Below, one piece after another: positions 36,815 to 46,586 of a stretch of 64,000 bases of DNA. The notes under the pieces are model-generated. The model saw nothing but the letters and a program-made list of their open reading frames with translations. It had not been told where the DNA came from and made no database searches. The stretch is from Eubacteriales bacterium. GTDB lineage: Bacteria > Bacillota > Clostridia > Oscillospirales > UMGS1783. The DNA lies in NCBI GenBank assembly GCA_045594545.1, contig JAZNYQ010000050.1:194-64193 (forward strand). Reading direction: 5' to 3'. Position 1 is the first letter of the stretch. Every line of letters begins with the position of its first letter. The position numbers and the translations under genes are program-made.

Positions 36815-38968
36815 TTAGGCGGCCGGTTGTTGGGCAGCCACGGTATTCTTCGCTTCTTCGGTGGTTCGCTCGCCGATCGGTTTACAGGAACACCATTTGG
36901 CAGGAATGGTCTCCTTGGTAAACCACGCGTAGAAGACGCTGGATTTGCCGTTATCATAAACGCTGTTTGAGCCCGGACGACGGCCGCAACCGCCGCAGAT
37001 GCTTACCCGCACCAATTCCTCAGGGCGAGGCATGAACTCTCCGTCTTTCCAGCCGACCTGATCGACCACATACTGCATGACATTTTTCCAGACTACTTTC
37101 GGCACCTGCATAGTCACACCTGCGCTGACCAGATTGATCGGTTCATCGTATCCAACCCAGACTCCGCCTACAAAGTAGGGGGTATAGCCCATAAACCATT
37201 TATCGTGGTTATCGTCTGAGGTGCCGGTCTTGGCGGCCAAGGGGACGGAAAGGCGTCCGGGGGCGGCCAGACCGTAAGTAGCACTATCCACCAGCAGATC
37301 GTGCATCAGCCATGCCGCGATCGGCGAACAGGCTTGCTCGCCCGTGGTATTCTTTTCTATAAGCACGCGACCGTCGGCCGTTTCGATCTTGGTATAGGAA
37401 ATGGGTTCGTGATAAGTTCCGCCCGAAGCGATGACACCGTAGCCGCCGATCATTTCCCGCATGGTGACACCGTAATGGAAGGCACCCATGGAGAGGGCGG
37501 CCAGATTGGCATCGCCGGCAGCGGTTTCGGTAGGCGCAATCAGATCAAAATGCAATTTCTCGGTTACAAACTGGAAGGACTTATCAATGCCGTTGAGCAT
37601 CACGACCTTAGCGGCCGAGGCATTGAGCGACTGGCGCAAGGCGCCGAACATGGTCGTAGGACCGTAGAATTTACGGCTGTAATTTTGCGGGTAGGGGTGG
37701 CCGTTGAGTTTGGTGACGCCTTCATCAATGACAACGGTACCCTGCGTAATGGCGCCCGATTCCAACGCCGCCAGATAAGCAGACAGCGGTTTAATGGATG
37801 AGCCGGGGCAACGGCGGGACATGGTGGCACGGTTGAGATCACGGCTGTACTGCTTCTCGCCGCGGCCGCCGACCACGCCTAAGATATAGCCGGTCTTAGG
37901 ATCGGACAGCATGGAGGCCGCCTGATACTGCTTTTCCGTATAGGCCTTGGGGAAAAAGGCTTCATTTTTATAGGCCTGCTCCAAGGCGGTCTGCACCCGC
38001 ATATCGACGGTGGTATAGATCTTCAACCCGCCACGGTAGAGATAACTCTCGGCCTCGGCTTCGGTAATACCTTGGGTTTGAGCAAGGTCGGCGATCACAT
38101 CGTCGATCACCATATCCTCAAAATACGAGGTGACCTCCTCATAGGCGACGTGGTAACCGTCTTCAACAAATTTAAGTTCTTCGGCCATGGCCTGCTCGTA
38201 TTCATCCTGTGTCAGAAAACCGAGTTCGCGCATTTTACCCAACACGATATCGGTACGAACCTTATTGTTTTCCGGATTTTTATAAGGTGCATAGTAGTCA
38301 GGCAGACGGATCAGTCCCGCCAGCGAAGCACTTTCCCTCACGGTAAGTTGATCGACGCTCTTGCCGAAATACATTTGCGCGGCGCGCTCAATTCCGTAGG
38401 TGCGATAGTTGAAATATACGGTATTGAAATAATATTCAAGGATCTCGTCCTTATCATGATGGCGCTCGACATACAGCGCGCGCAACACCTCTCGGGCTTT
38501 GCGTTCCCACGTATGCTCGTTATCCTGCGTGAGGTTCTTGATCAACTGCTGGGTCAAAGTCGAGCCACCGTAACTGTCGTCATTCGTAAGGTATCCGATC
38601 AAGGCACCGGTAAAGCGGGGCCAGTCAACACCGTGGTGCTCGTAAAACCGCTCGTCCTCAATGGCGATCAGGGCTTGGCGGGTATGCATGGGGATCTGCT
38701 CCAGATCGACCCATTTACGGTTTTCATCCTTATACAGTTCGTGCAAAACTTCCCATTTTCCGGTGGCGGCATCCTTATAATAGAGAGTGGAAGTGTACTC
38801 CAAGGTAGGGTTGGCGAACAGCTCATCCATTTTCGGATCGCTGTACTGCAATACCATTGCCGTTGCCACAAAGATCAACAGGGCCAATATGCCGACCACT
38901 GCCGACAACCACATCAGCAGATGGCGGCGGGCCTTTTTTGTCATCGTTTTCTTTTTACTCATAGCCAT
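36815..38968 (-). CDS. class A penicillin-binding protein (paralog)
   Basis: 717 aa. EDERFYEHHGVD, GGSTLTQQL, SSIKP and KTGTS motifs. C-terminal Cys cluster (CGGCG...WCSC). Confidence 0.9.
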   Translation of the reverse strand: MAMSKKKTMTKKARRHLLMWLSAVVGILALLIFVATAMVLQYSDPKMDELFANPTLEYTSTLYYKDAATGKWEVLHELYKDENRKWVDLEQIPMHTRQALIAIEDERFYEHHGVDWPRFTGALIGYLTNDDSYGGSTLTQQLIKNLTQDNEHTWERKAREVLRALYVERHHDKDEILEYYFNTVYFNYRTYGIERAAQMYFGKSVDQLTVRESASLAGLIRLPDYYAPYKNPENNKVRTDIVLGKMRELGFLTQDEYEQAMAEELKFVEDGYHVAYEEVTSYFEDMVIDDVIADLAQTQGITEAEAESYLYRGGLKIYTTVDMRVQTALEQAYKNEAFFPKAYTEKQYQAASMLSDPKTGYILGVVGGRGEKQYSRDLNRATMSRRCPGSSIKPLSAYLAALESGAITQGTVVIDEGVTKLNGHPYPQNYSRKFYGPTTMFGALRQSLNASAAKVVMLNGIDKSFQFVTEKLHFDLIAPTETAAGDANLAALSMGAFHYGVTMREMIGGYGVIASGGTYHEPISYTKIETADGRVLIEKNTTGEQACSPIAAWLMHDLLVDSATYGLAAPGRLSVPLAAKTGTSDDNHDKWFMGYTPYFVGGVWVGYDEPINLVSAGVTMQVPKVVWKNVMQYVVDQVGWKDGEFMPRPEELVRVSICGGCGRRPGSNSVYDNGKSSVFYAWFTKETIPAKWCSCKPIGERTTEEAKNTVAAQQPAA

Positions 38969-39004
38969 TATAGCATATGCACCTTTTATCTTATTTTTAC
39001 CAGC

Positions 39005-39973
39005 TTAAAAAATTTTTTCTAATAACCAAACGATCAGATAGCAAACCGGACGGTGCAAAATATAAATGGGCAACGCCACCCGTCCCAAGGCGTCCAGCCC
39101 GACCATGCGGAATTTATAGACATTTTCGGGGACTACGCCGTCACGCAGGTACCGACCGAGGATCACTCCGCAAAAATAGGCGGCGATCCACGGGAAGAAC
39201 CCGTAGAATTCGGGCGAGGAGAATCCTTTATGCACAAAACCGGTTACGAAAAGCGGCAGGGTAAACCCTCCGATCGCCACCCGATCATAGGTCAGCCCAT
39301 CGGTAGCCAACACCAGCACCACAAAGGCGCCCAGCATCCACGCAATACCGACCTTGTTAAACCAGCCGTCCATCTGCGCATCCCGATGCATATAGGAATA
39401 CAGTAATGTGGCCGCGGCCAGAAAATGCAGATATCCGCACCAGATCACTCCGCCGAAAGCCAGACTCATCAGGGTGACGAGTCCTGCACCGATGGCATAG
39501 ACCCAGGCGCGGCGGCGGGGGTTACGACTAAAGTTGACCGACACGCCCGACAGCACAACAAAGAACCACTGAATACCGTAGATCCAATATCCGCTGTTCT
39601 CGGCACCCATCAACAGGGCTACCGCGCGACCAAACTCGGTATCGGCCAGCACGCCGTAATTATAGATCATACCGAACAGGGTATAAAAGAGCATCAGCAC
39701 AACGGCCAAGCCCCGCAGGGTATCCAGACAGGGGATGCGGTAACCGCCGCGGATCAGTTCCCGTGCCCCCGGCGCTATGGCGCCGAAGGGGCGCTTAATG
39801 GCACGGGGCAGACGCGGCAGATCCTTCGACTGGGGCTTATGGATATAACTTTTCCAGCCCTCCCCTTTTAATGACAACTGCCCTCGGGTATCGATCTGAT
39901 ACAGTTCGGGGCGTCGGGGCAGAGCGGGGATCTCCTGCTCAACCGACGATTCTTCTATCCGTTTTCTTTTCAT
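39005..39973 (-). CDS. DUF1624-like acyltransferase-family membrane protein
   Basis: ORF 39005..40030, trimmed to ATG 39973 (11 nt after the ychF stop). RIPCLDTLRGLAVVLM motif, about 8 TM helices, about 70-aa N-terminal soluble head. Confidence 0.55.
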   Translation of the reverse strand: MKRKRIEESSVEQEIPALPRRPELYQIDTRGQLSLKGEGWKSYIHKPQSKDLPRLPRAIKRPFGAIAPGARELIRGGYRIPCLDTLRGLAVVLMLFYTLFGMIYNYGVLADTEFGRAVALLMGAENSGYWIYGIQWFFVVLSGVSVNFSRNPRRRAWVYAIGAGLVTLMSLAFGGVIWCGYLHFLAAATLLYSYMHRDAQMDGWFNKVGIAWMLGAFVVLVLATDGLTYDRVAIGGFTLPLFVTGFVHKGFSSPEFYGFFPWIAAYFCGVILGRYLRDGVVPENVYKFRMVGLDALGRVALPIYILHRPVCYLIVWLLEKIF

Positions 39974-39983
39974 GATGTTTCCT

Positions 39984-41078
39984 TTAGACGTTGAAGCGGA
40001 AGAGGATGATGTCCCCGTCACGCACCACATATTCTTTGCCTTCGCTTCGGATCAGACCCTTTTCACGGGCGGCGGCCATACTGCCGCAAGCCATCAGATC
40101 ATCAAAGGCCACCGTTTCGGCACGGATAAAGCCACGTTCAAAGTCGGTATGGATCTTCCCTGCCGCTTGCGGGGCCTTGGTACCCTTAACGATCGTCCAG
40201 GCGCGGCACTCGTCCTCGCCCGCCGTCAGATAACTGATCAGGCCCAGCAGGCTGTAACACTTACGCACCATACGGTCCAGACCCGATTCTTCCAGACCGA
40301 TATCGGACAGGAACATCTCCTTATCCTCGGCGGAAAGAGAGGTGATCTCCTCCTCCAGCGCGGCGCAGATCGGCAGAACCTCAGCGCCCTCGGCGGCGGC
40401 GCGTTCGATAAGCGTTTGGTAATGGGGATTATTTTCAATGCCGGCCTTGAACGTTTTTTCATCCATATTGGCGGCATAGATGACCGGTTTATTGGTCAGC
40501 AAAGAGATCTGGGAAATGAGCACCTTTTCTTCATCGGTATATTCCATGGCGCGGGCGGGTTTCTCACCCTCCAACAGGGCATAGACCCGCTGAAGCAGAT
40601 CCAATTCGGCGGCGTAACTCTTATCGCCTTTGAGGGCCTTCGACACACGATCCATGCGGCGCTCGACCGTTTCCATATCGGCCAGAATCAGTTCCAGATT
40701 GATGATATCCATATCGCGGCCGGCATCGACGCTGTTCTCCACGTGGGTGATATTCTCATCCTCAAAACAGCGAACCACCTGCACCACCGCATCCACCTCA
40801 CGGATATGAGAGAGGAATTTATTGCCCAAGCCCTCGCCGTGGCTGGCGCCCTTGACCAAGCCCGCAATATCCACAAACTCAATGGTAGCGGGGGTGATCT
40901 TCTTGGGATGGTACATTTCACCCAGCGCCGTCAAGCGATGGTCGGGCACATCCACCATGCCGACATTAGGCTCAATGGTACAGAAGGCATAGTTGGCCGA
41001 CTGGGCGCCGGCATTGGTGATGGCATTAAACAGCGTACTTTTGCCCACGTTGGGCAGACCGATAATTCCGAGTTTCAT
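39984..41078 (-). CDS. ychF: redox-regulated ATPase YchF
   Basis: 364 aa. [20 protein letters not shown]1 motif and a TGS-like C-terminus. Confidence 0.95.
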   Translation of the reverse strand: MKLGIIGLPNVGKSTLFNAITNAGAQSANYAFCTIEPNVGMVDVPDHRLTALGEMYHPKKITPATIEFVDIAGLVKGASHGEGLGNKFLSHIREVDAVVQVVRCFEDENITHVENSVDAGRDMDIINLELILADMETVERRMDRVSKALKGDKSYAAELDLLQRVYALLEGEKPARAMEYTDEEKVLISQISLLTNKPVIYAANMDEKTFKAGIENNPHYQTLIERAAAEGAEVLPICAALEEEITSLSAEDKEMFLSDIGLEESGLDRMVRKCYSLLGLISYLTAGEDECRAWTIVKGTKAPQAAGKIHTDFERGFIRAETVAFDDLMACGSMAAAREKGLIRSEGKEYVVRDGDIILFRFNV

Positions 41079-41082
41079 TTCC

Positions 41083-41949
41083 TTATTCCTTATCTTCGAT
41101 GATGATCGTCCCGCTCTTCACAGGACGGGTAATACAAACAAAGGGGTATTTCCCTCTTAATGCTTCATGACAGGCGACCGCCCGTTCTTTTTGCTCAAAT
41201 ACGGCAAAGACGGCACTGCCGCTTCCCGTTAGTCCCACACAGGGAGAAAATTGCGAAAGGGCCTCCAGTTGCCCAGCCACCGATGCGCAACGGCGGCTGA
41301 CCGACGGCAGGAAGGTGTTTCCGATATGCTTACACACTCCGCTCAAATCTTTCTGCTCAATCGCCTGTTTCATGCCGTCGCAGACAAAGGGGGGCAGTTC
41401 GGCACAAGAATCCATGTCGGCAAAGGCGACCTTGGTAGACACTCCCGCCCGCCCTTTGACCAGTACCAGATGGCAATCGGGCAGGTCGGGCAATTTCGTC
41501 AGGATCTCGCCCCGCCCCTCGCAGAGGGCGGTGCCGCCCATGAGGAAATAGGGCACATCGCTGCCCAGTCCCAAACAAATATGATACAACGTTTCTTGGG
41601 AGAGCGGGTTGCCGTAGATGGCATTAAGCCCCTCTAAGATACCGGCGGCGTTGCCGCTGCCGCCGCCCATACCCGCCTGCACGGGAATGTGCTTGATCAT
41701 GCGGATACGCACCTGCGGCGGCAGACCGGCCGCTTCATAGAAGGCGGCCGCCGCCTTATAGACGAGATTGGACTCGTTATAGGGGATATACCGCAGATTA
41801 CCCGACAGGGCTATGCCCGTCCCGCCCGTTTCGACAAACAGATAGTCGTACAATCCTACCGTTTGCATAACGGTGCGCAGGCTATGATAACCGTCGGGGG
41901 TGGTGCCGGTAATATCCAGACAAAGATTGATCTTTGCCGGTGTTTTGAT
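41083..41949 (-). CDS. ispE: 4-(cytidine 5'-diphospho)-2-C-methyl-D-erythritol kinase; start codon non-canonical or uncertain
   Basis: ORF track gives 41083..41868 (first ATG). The in-frame upstream sequence encodes (I)KTPAKINLCLDITGTTPDGYHSLRTV, the conserved IspE N-terminus. GHMP motif PVQAGMGGGSGNAA. Length is 288 aa if started at ATC 41949. Confidence 0.8.
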   Translation of the reverse strand: MKTPAKINLCLDITGTTPDGYHSLRTVMQTVGLYDYLFVETGGTGIALSGNLRYIPYNESNLVYKAAAAFYEAAGLPPQVRIRMIKHIPVQAGMGGGSGNAAGILEGLNAIYGNPLSQETLYHICLGLGSDVPYFLMGGTALCEGRGEILTKLPDLPDCHLVLVKGRAGVSTKVAFADMDSCAELPPFVCDGMKQAIEQKDLSGVCKHIGNTFLPSVSRRCASVAGQLEALSQFSPCVGLTGSGSAVFAVFEQKERAVACHEALRGKYPFVCITRPVKSGTIIIEDKE

Positions 41950-43118
41950 TACAGTTTTGATAAAAATCGCTCCAGTCGATCCATGGCCTTAGAAAGATCG
42001 GCCATGCTTTTGGCGTAGGATATACGGACAAAGCCCTCGCCGCTCTCACCAAAGGCCGAGCCGGGCACGACCGCCACGTGTTCCTCATACAGGAACTTTT
42101 CACAAAATTCCTCGCTGGTCATACCAAACTGCTTGATACAGGGGAATATGTAGAAAGCGCCTTTGGGTTCAAAGCAGGGCAAGCCCATTTTTCTAAATCG
42201 TTCCAGCAACATCTTACGGCGGGCGTCATACTCCTCGACCATGTCCTGCACGGCCTCATCCGTCTTTTCCGAGAGGGCTTCCAGCGCCGCTTCCTGCGCC
42301 ATGGTAGGGGCGCACATGATGGCGAACTGGTGCAATTTCGTCATGGCCTTAATGATCGGCGCGGGGCCGAGAGCATAACCGATACGCCAGCCGGTCATGG
42401 CAAAGGCCTTGGAAAAGCCGTTGACCACGATCGTGCGTTCCCACATCCCCTCGATCGAGGCGATGGACACATGGGTACCGCCGTAGGTGAGTTTGGCGTA
42501 CAGTTCATCCGAGAGCACCATAATATCGGTACCCCGCAATACTTCGGCAATGGCCTCTAAATCTTTCTTTTCCATAACCGCGCCCGTGGGATTGCCGGGA
42601 TACGGCAAGATCAACAATTTGGTTTTAGGCGTAATGGCGGCGCGCAGTTCCTCGGCCGTCAAGCGGAATTCATTCTCGGCCTTGGTAGCAATGCCGACGG
42701 GGACGCCGCCGACGATCTCGGCCAGCGGAGCGTAACAGACAAAACTCGGTTCGGGAATGATGACCTCATCGCCCTCCCCAATCAGGGCGCGGATGCACAG
42801 GTCGATCGCTTCCGAGCCGCCGACGGTGACCAAGGCATGGGTTTCATCGGGATAATGTACGCCGAAATTGCGCTCATAATATTGGCAGATGCCGCGGCGC
42901 AGTTCCAGCATACCGGCGTTGGAGGTGTAATAGGTGTGGCCCTTGACCAGCGAATCGATACCCGCTTCCCGCACGTTCCACGGGGTAATAAAGTCAGGCT
43001 CGCCGATCGAGAGGGAGAGCACGTCGTCCATCGTAGCGGCAATATCGAAGAATTTCCGAATGCCCGACGGTTTGACCCGCCGTACCCTTTCCTGTATCAG
43101 ATTCTCGTAATTGATCAT
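41949..43118 (-). CDS. class I/II PLP-dependent aminotransferase (AlaT/AspC-like)
   Basis: ORF 41949..43157, trimmed to ATG 43118 (ATGA overlap with the regulator stop). SGIRKFFD, SIGEPDF and NGFSKAFAMTGWRIGY (PLP Lys) motifs. Confidence 0.88.
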   Translation of the reverse strand: MINYENLIQERVRRVKPSGIRKFFDIAATMDDVLSLSIGEPDFITPWNVREAGIDSLVKGHTYYTSNAGMLELRRGICQYYERNFGVHYPDETHALVTVGGSEAIDLCIRALIGEGDEVIIPEPSFVCYAPLAEIVGGVPVGIATKAENEFRLTAEELRAAITPKTKLLILPYPGNPTGAVMEKKDLEAIAEVLRGTDIMVLSDELYAKLTYGGTHVSIASIEGMWERTIVVNGFSKAFAMTGWRIGYALGPAPIIKAMTKLHQFAIMCAPTMAQEAALEALSEKTDEAVQDMVEEYDARRKMLLERFRKMGLPCFEPKGAFYIFPCIKQFGMTSEEFCEKFLYEEHVAVVPGSAFGESGEGFVRISYAKSMADLSKAMDRLERFLSKL

Positions 43119-43591
43119 AGAGTAAAGCCTCTTTCGTCCTTCTCTTCCTGTCCGCAATGGATGCCCTCATACTTATAGCGGCGCAGGACAAAGTGGGTCG
43201 CGGTTCCCATGACCCCGTCGATCGCCGCCAATTTCTCGGCCACGAACAAAGCCACTTCGTGCATGCTCTTGCCTTCCACTTCAGCACACAGATCGAACCC
43301 GCCCGACATCAGCGACACGCTGCGCACTTCGGGAAACTGGGCGATGTGGCGGGCCACACGCTCAAACCCGTGCCCCTTATAGGGCATGACCCGCACCTCG
43401 ATCAAGGCACGAACCGGCACATCCTCGCACTTCTCCGGGTCGAGCAGGGCACGGTATCCCAAAATGCTTCCCTTTTCCTCATATTCGGCAATGGCCTTGG
43501 CCACCGCATCCTCGGTCATATTCAGTCGCTGTGCGATCTCGGCGGCACTCAAACGCGCATCCTTGCACAATAATGCTAATACCTTATCCAT
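43115..43591 (-). CDS. Lrp/AsnC family transcriptional regulator (AlaR-like)
   Basis: ORF 43115..43837, trimmed to ATG 43591 (AGGAG RBS). HTH LSAAEIAQRLNMTEDAVAKAI plus a RAM domain. Confidence 0.88.
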   Translation of the reverse strand: MDKVLALLCKDARLSAAEIAQRLNMTEDAVAKAIAEYEEKGSILGYRALLDPEKCEDVPVRALIEVRVMPYKGHGFERVARHIAQFPEVRSVSLMSGGFDLCAEVEGKSMHEVALFVAEKLAAIDGVMGTATHFVLRRYKYEGIHCGQEEKDERGFTL

Positions 43592-43604
43592 CTTTCTTCT
43601 CCTT

Positions 43605-44399
43605 TCAAATTCGGACAAAACGCGGTGTACGGTCCTCATACACCGTGACATACGTAAACCCGACGCGGCGCAATAGTTCCTGCGCCTGCTCGGCCCCTCG
43701 GCCGATATTCTCCTTTTGATGAGAATCGCTGCCGATGGTGACGATCTTACCGCCCAAACCTTTATACAGGCGCAACACCTCTTCATCGGCCTGCGGTTTG
43801 CCGACGGGGGCGAACAGCCCTGCCGTATTGACCTCAATCCCCTTGCCTTTGGCGATCAGTTTAATAAACAGGTCACTCAAACGGGGGTAGTATTTTTTGA
43901 CACCCAAGGTCACACCCTGTTTGGCGGCGTAGCGCTCAAAATAGTTGATATGACCCAGCACATCGAACTTACCCCACTCCACCATTTCGTCCAGTTCGTC
44001 ATAATACTGTTGCAAAACGGCATCCAGATCGGCGGCACGGTAGTCCAGATCGTAAAAGTCCTTATGGCCTCTGACGTTATGGATGGAGCCGATGACGAAA
44101 TCAAATTTGCCGTCGGCCAGCGCAATTTCGGCCATGCCCCGATTATGGATCGGTTCTCCCAACTCCACGCCGAAACGAACGGTGACATCCGTGCGGTTTT
44201 GCGCCACGGCCTTGAGGTAGTTATCCCGCATCACCGTTATCGGCTGATTGGTGCAGGGGTATTCGCCGCCGCACTCGTAATGGTTGGTGACACAGATATC
44301 GTTCATTCCTTTGTCGGCGGCTACCTTTATGACGTCTAACAAATCGTCTTTTCCGTCAAAACTGAGCGCCGTATGGAAATGATAATCGCTTTTGAACAT
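43605..44399 (-). CDS. histidinol-phosphatase (HisJ) family PHP protein
   Basis: 264 aa. MFKSDYHFHTALSFDG and VTNHYE motifs. Confidence 0.8.
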   Translation of the reverse strand: MFKSDYHFHTALSFDGKDDLLDVIKVAADKGMNDICVTNHYECGGEYPCTNQPITVMRDNYLKAVAQNRTDVTVRFGVELGEPIHNRGMAEIALADGKFDFVIGSIHNVRGHKDFYDLDYRAADLDAVLQQYYDELDEMVEWGKFDVLGHINYFERYAAKQGVTLGVKKYYPRLSDLFIKLIAKGKGIEVNTAGLFAPVGKPQADEEVLRLYKGLGGKIVTIGSDSHQKENIGRGAEQAQELLRRVGFTYVTVYEDRTPRFVRI

Positions 44400-44439
44400 G
44401 ATTTCCCTCGAAAAAAATAAAAATTTACAGAAAATGAGT

Positions 44440-44467
44440 TTGCAAGAACGGCAAACTATGGTATATT
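44440..44467 (+). promoter_or_regulatory. extended -10 promoter of nadE
   Basis: TTGCAA (44440-44445), 16-nt spacer ending in TGg, TATATT (44462-44467). Confidence 0.55.
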
Positions 44468-44524
44468 ATATTGTAACATAAGAAAAAAACGATATCAATC
44501 CTTTTTTTGAGAGGTGTGAAAATA

Positions 44525-46294
44525 ATGCTCACCAATATCGCCCGTTGCGCCGTCATCTCGGCGCCGCTGACCCCCTTTGATGTCGATTCCAACCTATCGG
44601 CTATGTCGGTAGCCGCCGATAAGGTACTGCCTTCGCGCCCCGACATCATGGTCTTCGGGGAACTGTGCCTATGCGGGGCTTCCTGCGGTCATCTGCTTCG
44701 TCAGCAAAAATTGCTAAATGACTGTTTGGCTGCCGCCGTGCGGTTTGCCGAACTGTATAAACTGTCGGACACCCTGTTTCTGCTCGGTCTTCCTTTGGCC
44801 GTCGGGCGCAAGGTGATCAGCGCCGTGGCCGTTATCAAAGGCGGGCGCATCCATATGTTTGCCGCATCCCGTTCCGATCTGTTGGATAAGTTGGAACATG
44901 ATCAGACGGTTTTGGTAAGTGGGCATTCGGTGCCCGTTGTTGTTTCTCCCGTAGTCAAGCACAACGGCATTCATATTGCCGTGGTTCCCGGTCTGGATGC
45001 TTCCCAATCGCCCGAACCCATTTGTGCTGACGTCGTAGCCTCCCCCACCTGCACTTTGGCCGATCCCGCCCGCGATTACATGATGGGCGCACGGGTCTCG
45101 GCGCTTTCGCGGATGCTGGGCGCCGGTTTGGTGCTGTGTGCCGGCGGTATGGGCGAGTCAACCTACCATGGCATCTATAAAAACCTCGGCGGGATCTTTG
45201 AGAACGGCACCGCCCTCGGCTTCCAATACGATTTTGAACCGCTGGTGCTGGTGCGGGATATTGACATGGATCTGCTCCCCGCCAAAGAACCGACGAATGT
45301 CATCGATCTGGGCGGAGAAAACCTCACCCGTCAGCGGCTCAACCGCCACGTATCCAAGAATCCGCTTTTGCCCGAAAAGAATCGGGAGCGCGTGCTGGAC
45401 GATATGGCCGACACCCAGATCCACGGTCTGGCCACCCGCATGAAGCCCACCCATCTGAAAAAGATGGTCATCGGCGTTTCGGGCGGCATTGACAGTACCC
45501 ACGCTCTGCTGGTCTGCGCCGCGGTATGCGATCGACTGGGGATGGAGCGCAGCGATATTATTGCCGTCTTAATGCCGGGCTTTGGTACCAAGGCGGGCAG
45601 TCGCAATCTCTCGGAACAGTTGGCGCAGGAGATTGGCGCAACCATTCGGGTGGTGTCGATTGCCGATAGCGTCAATCAGCATTTTAAGGATATTTCCCAC
45701 GATCCCCTCAACCTCAACGCCACCTATGAAAATGCGCAGGCACGGGAGCGCACCCAGATCCTGTTTGATATTGCGGGGGACAATGACGGATTAGTCATCG
45801 GCACGGGCGACCTGTCCGAGATCACCTTGGGCTGGTGCACCTTCGGCGGTGATCATCTGTCAGGGTATAACGTCAACGCTTCGCTTACCAAGTGCATGGT
45901 CACCGAGGGGGCACGGGCGCTGGCCCGCCGTCTGGGCGGCCGTCTGCCCGCCATTGTGGGCGAGATTGCCGATGCACCCCCCTCTCCCGAACTGTTGCCG
46001 GGCGATCAGGTTACCCAGAACATCATCGGGCCGTATGAACTGCACGATTTCTTCTTATATTACTATGTGCGTCATAACATGGCGCCCGATAAGATCATAT
46101 CTTTGGCTTTGCAAGCCTTTGAGGATAGTTATGAGGACAAGGTGATTCGCGCGACCTTCGAGATCTTCCGCCGTCGGTTCCTCACCTCGCAATTTAAGCG
46201 GGGCTGTTCGGCCGAGGGCGTCTTCTTCGGGGATGTGTCCCTCTCGCCGATGTCCTACCATTTCCCGTCCGATCTACCAACCGTAAATTTCTAA
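44525..46294 (+). CDS. nadE: two-domain NAD+ synthase (CN-hydrolase-like domain + NAD synthetase domain)
   Basis: ORF 44507..46294, trimmed to ATG 44525 (GAGAGG RBS). The synthetase domain has GVSGGIDST (PP-loop) and SQFKR. The N-terminal domain aligns by eye with the M. tuberculosis-type NadE. Confidence 0.88.
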   Translation: MLTNIARCAVISAPLTPFDVDSNLSAMSVAADKVLPSRPDIMVFGELCLCGASCGHLLRQQKLLNDCLAAAVRFAELYKLSDTLFLLGLPLAVGRKVISAVAVIKGGRIHMFAASRSDLLDKLEHDQTVLVSGHSVPVVVSPVVKHNGIHIAVVPGLDASQSPEPICADVVASPTCTLADPARDYMMGARVSALSRMLGAGLVLCAGGMGESTYHGIYKNLGGIFENGTALGFQYDFEPLVLVRDIDMDLLPAKEPTNVIDLGGENLTRQRLNRHVSKNPLLPEKNRERVLDDMADTQIHGLATRMKPTHLKKMVIGVSGGIDSTHALLVCAAVCDRLGMERSDIIAVLMPGFGTKAGSRNLSEQLAQEIGATIRVVSIADSVNQHFKDISHDPLNLNATYENAQARERTQILFDIAGDNDGLVIGTGDLSEITLGWCTFGGDHLSGYNVNASLTKCMVTEGARALARRLGGRLPAIVGEIADAPPSPELLPGDQVTQNIIGPYELHDFFLYYYVRHNMAPDKIISLALQAFEDSYEDKVIRATFEIFRRRFLTSQFKRGCSAEGVFFGDVSLSPMSYHFPSDLPTVNF

Positions 46295-46307
46295 AGGAGA
46301 TACAAAA

Positions 46308-46577
46308 ATGAAAGCCGTAATTACCGTTGTGGGTGCCGACCGTGTCGGCATCATCGCCCATGTATCCAACAAATGCTTGGAGTACAATGTCAACATCCTC
46401 GATATTACCCAGCACGTCGTGGATGAGTATTTCACCATGACCATGGTGGCTGATATCGAAAAGGCCACCGTGCCCTTTACCGAGTTGGTCGATGTGATGA
46501 CCGCACTCGGCAAAGAATTGGGACTGGTGATTCACACCATGCACGAAGATATTTTTAATTTCATGCACAAGATCTGA
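46308..46577 (+). CDS. ACT domain protein (UPF0237)
   Basis: 89 aa. MKAVITVVGADRVGIIAHVS pattern. Paired with the UPF0210 gene. Confidence 0.85.
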   Translation: MKAVITVVGADRVGIIAHVSNKCLEYNVNILDITQHVVDEYFTMTMVADIEKATVPFTELVDVMTALGKELGLVIHTMHEDIFNFMHKI

Positions 46578-46586
46578 GGAGAGGCC

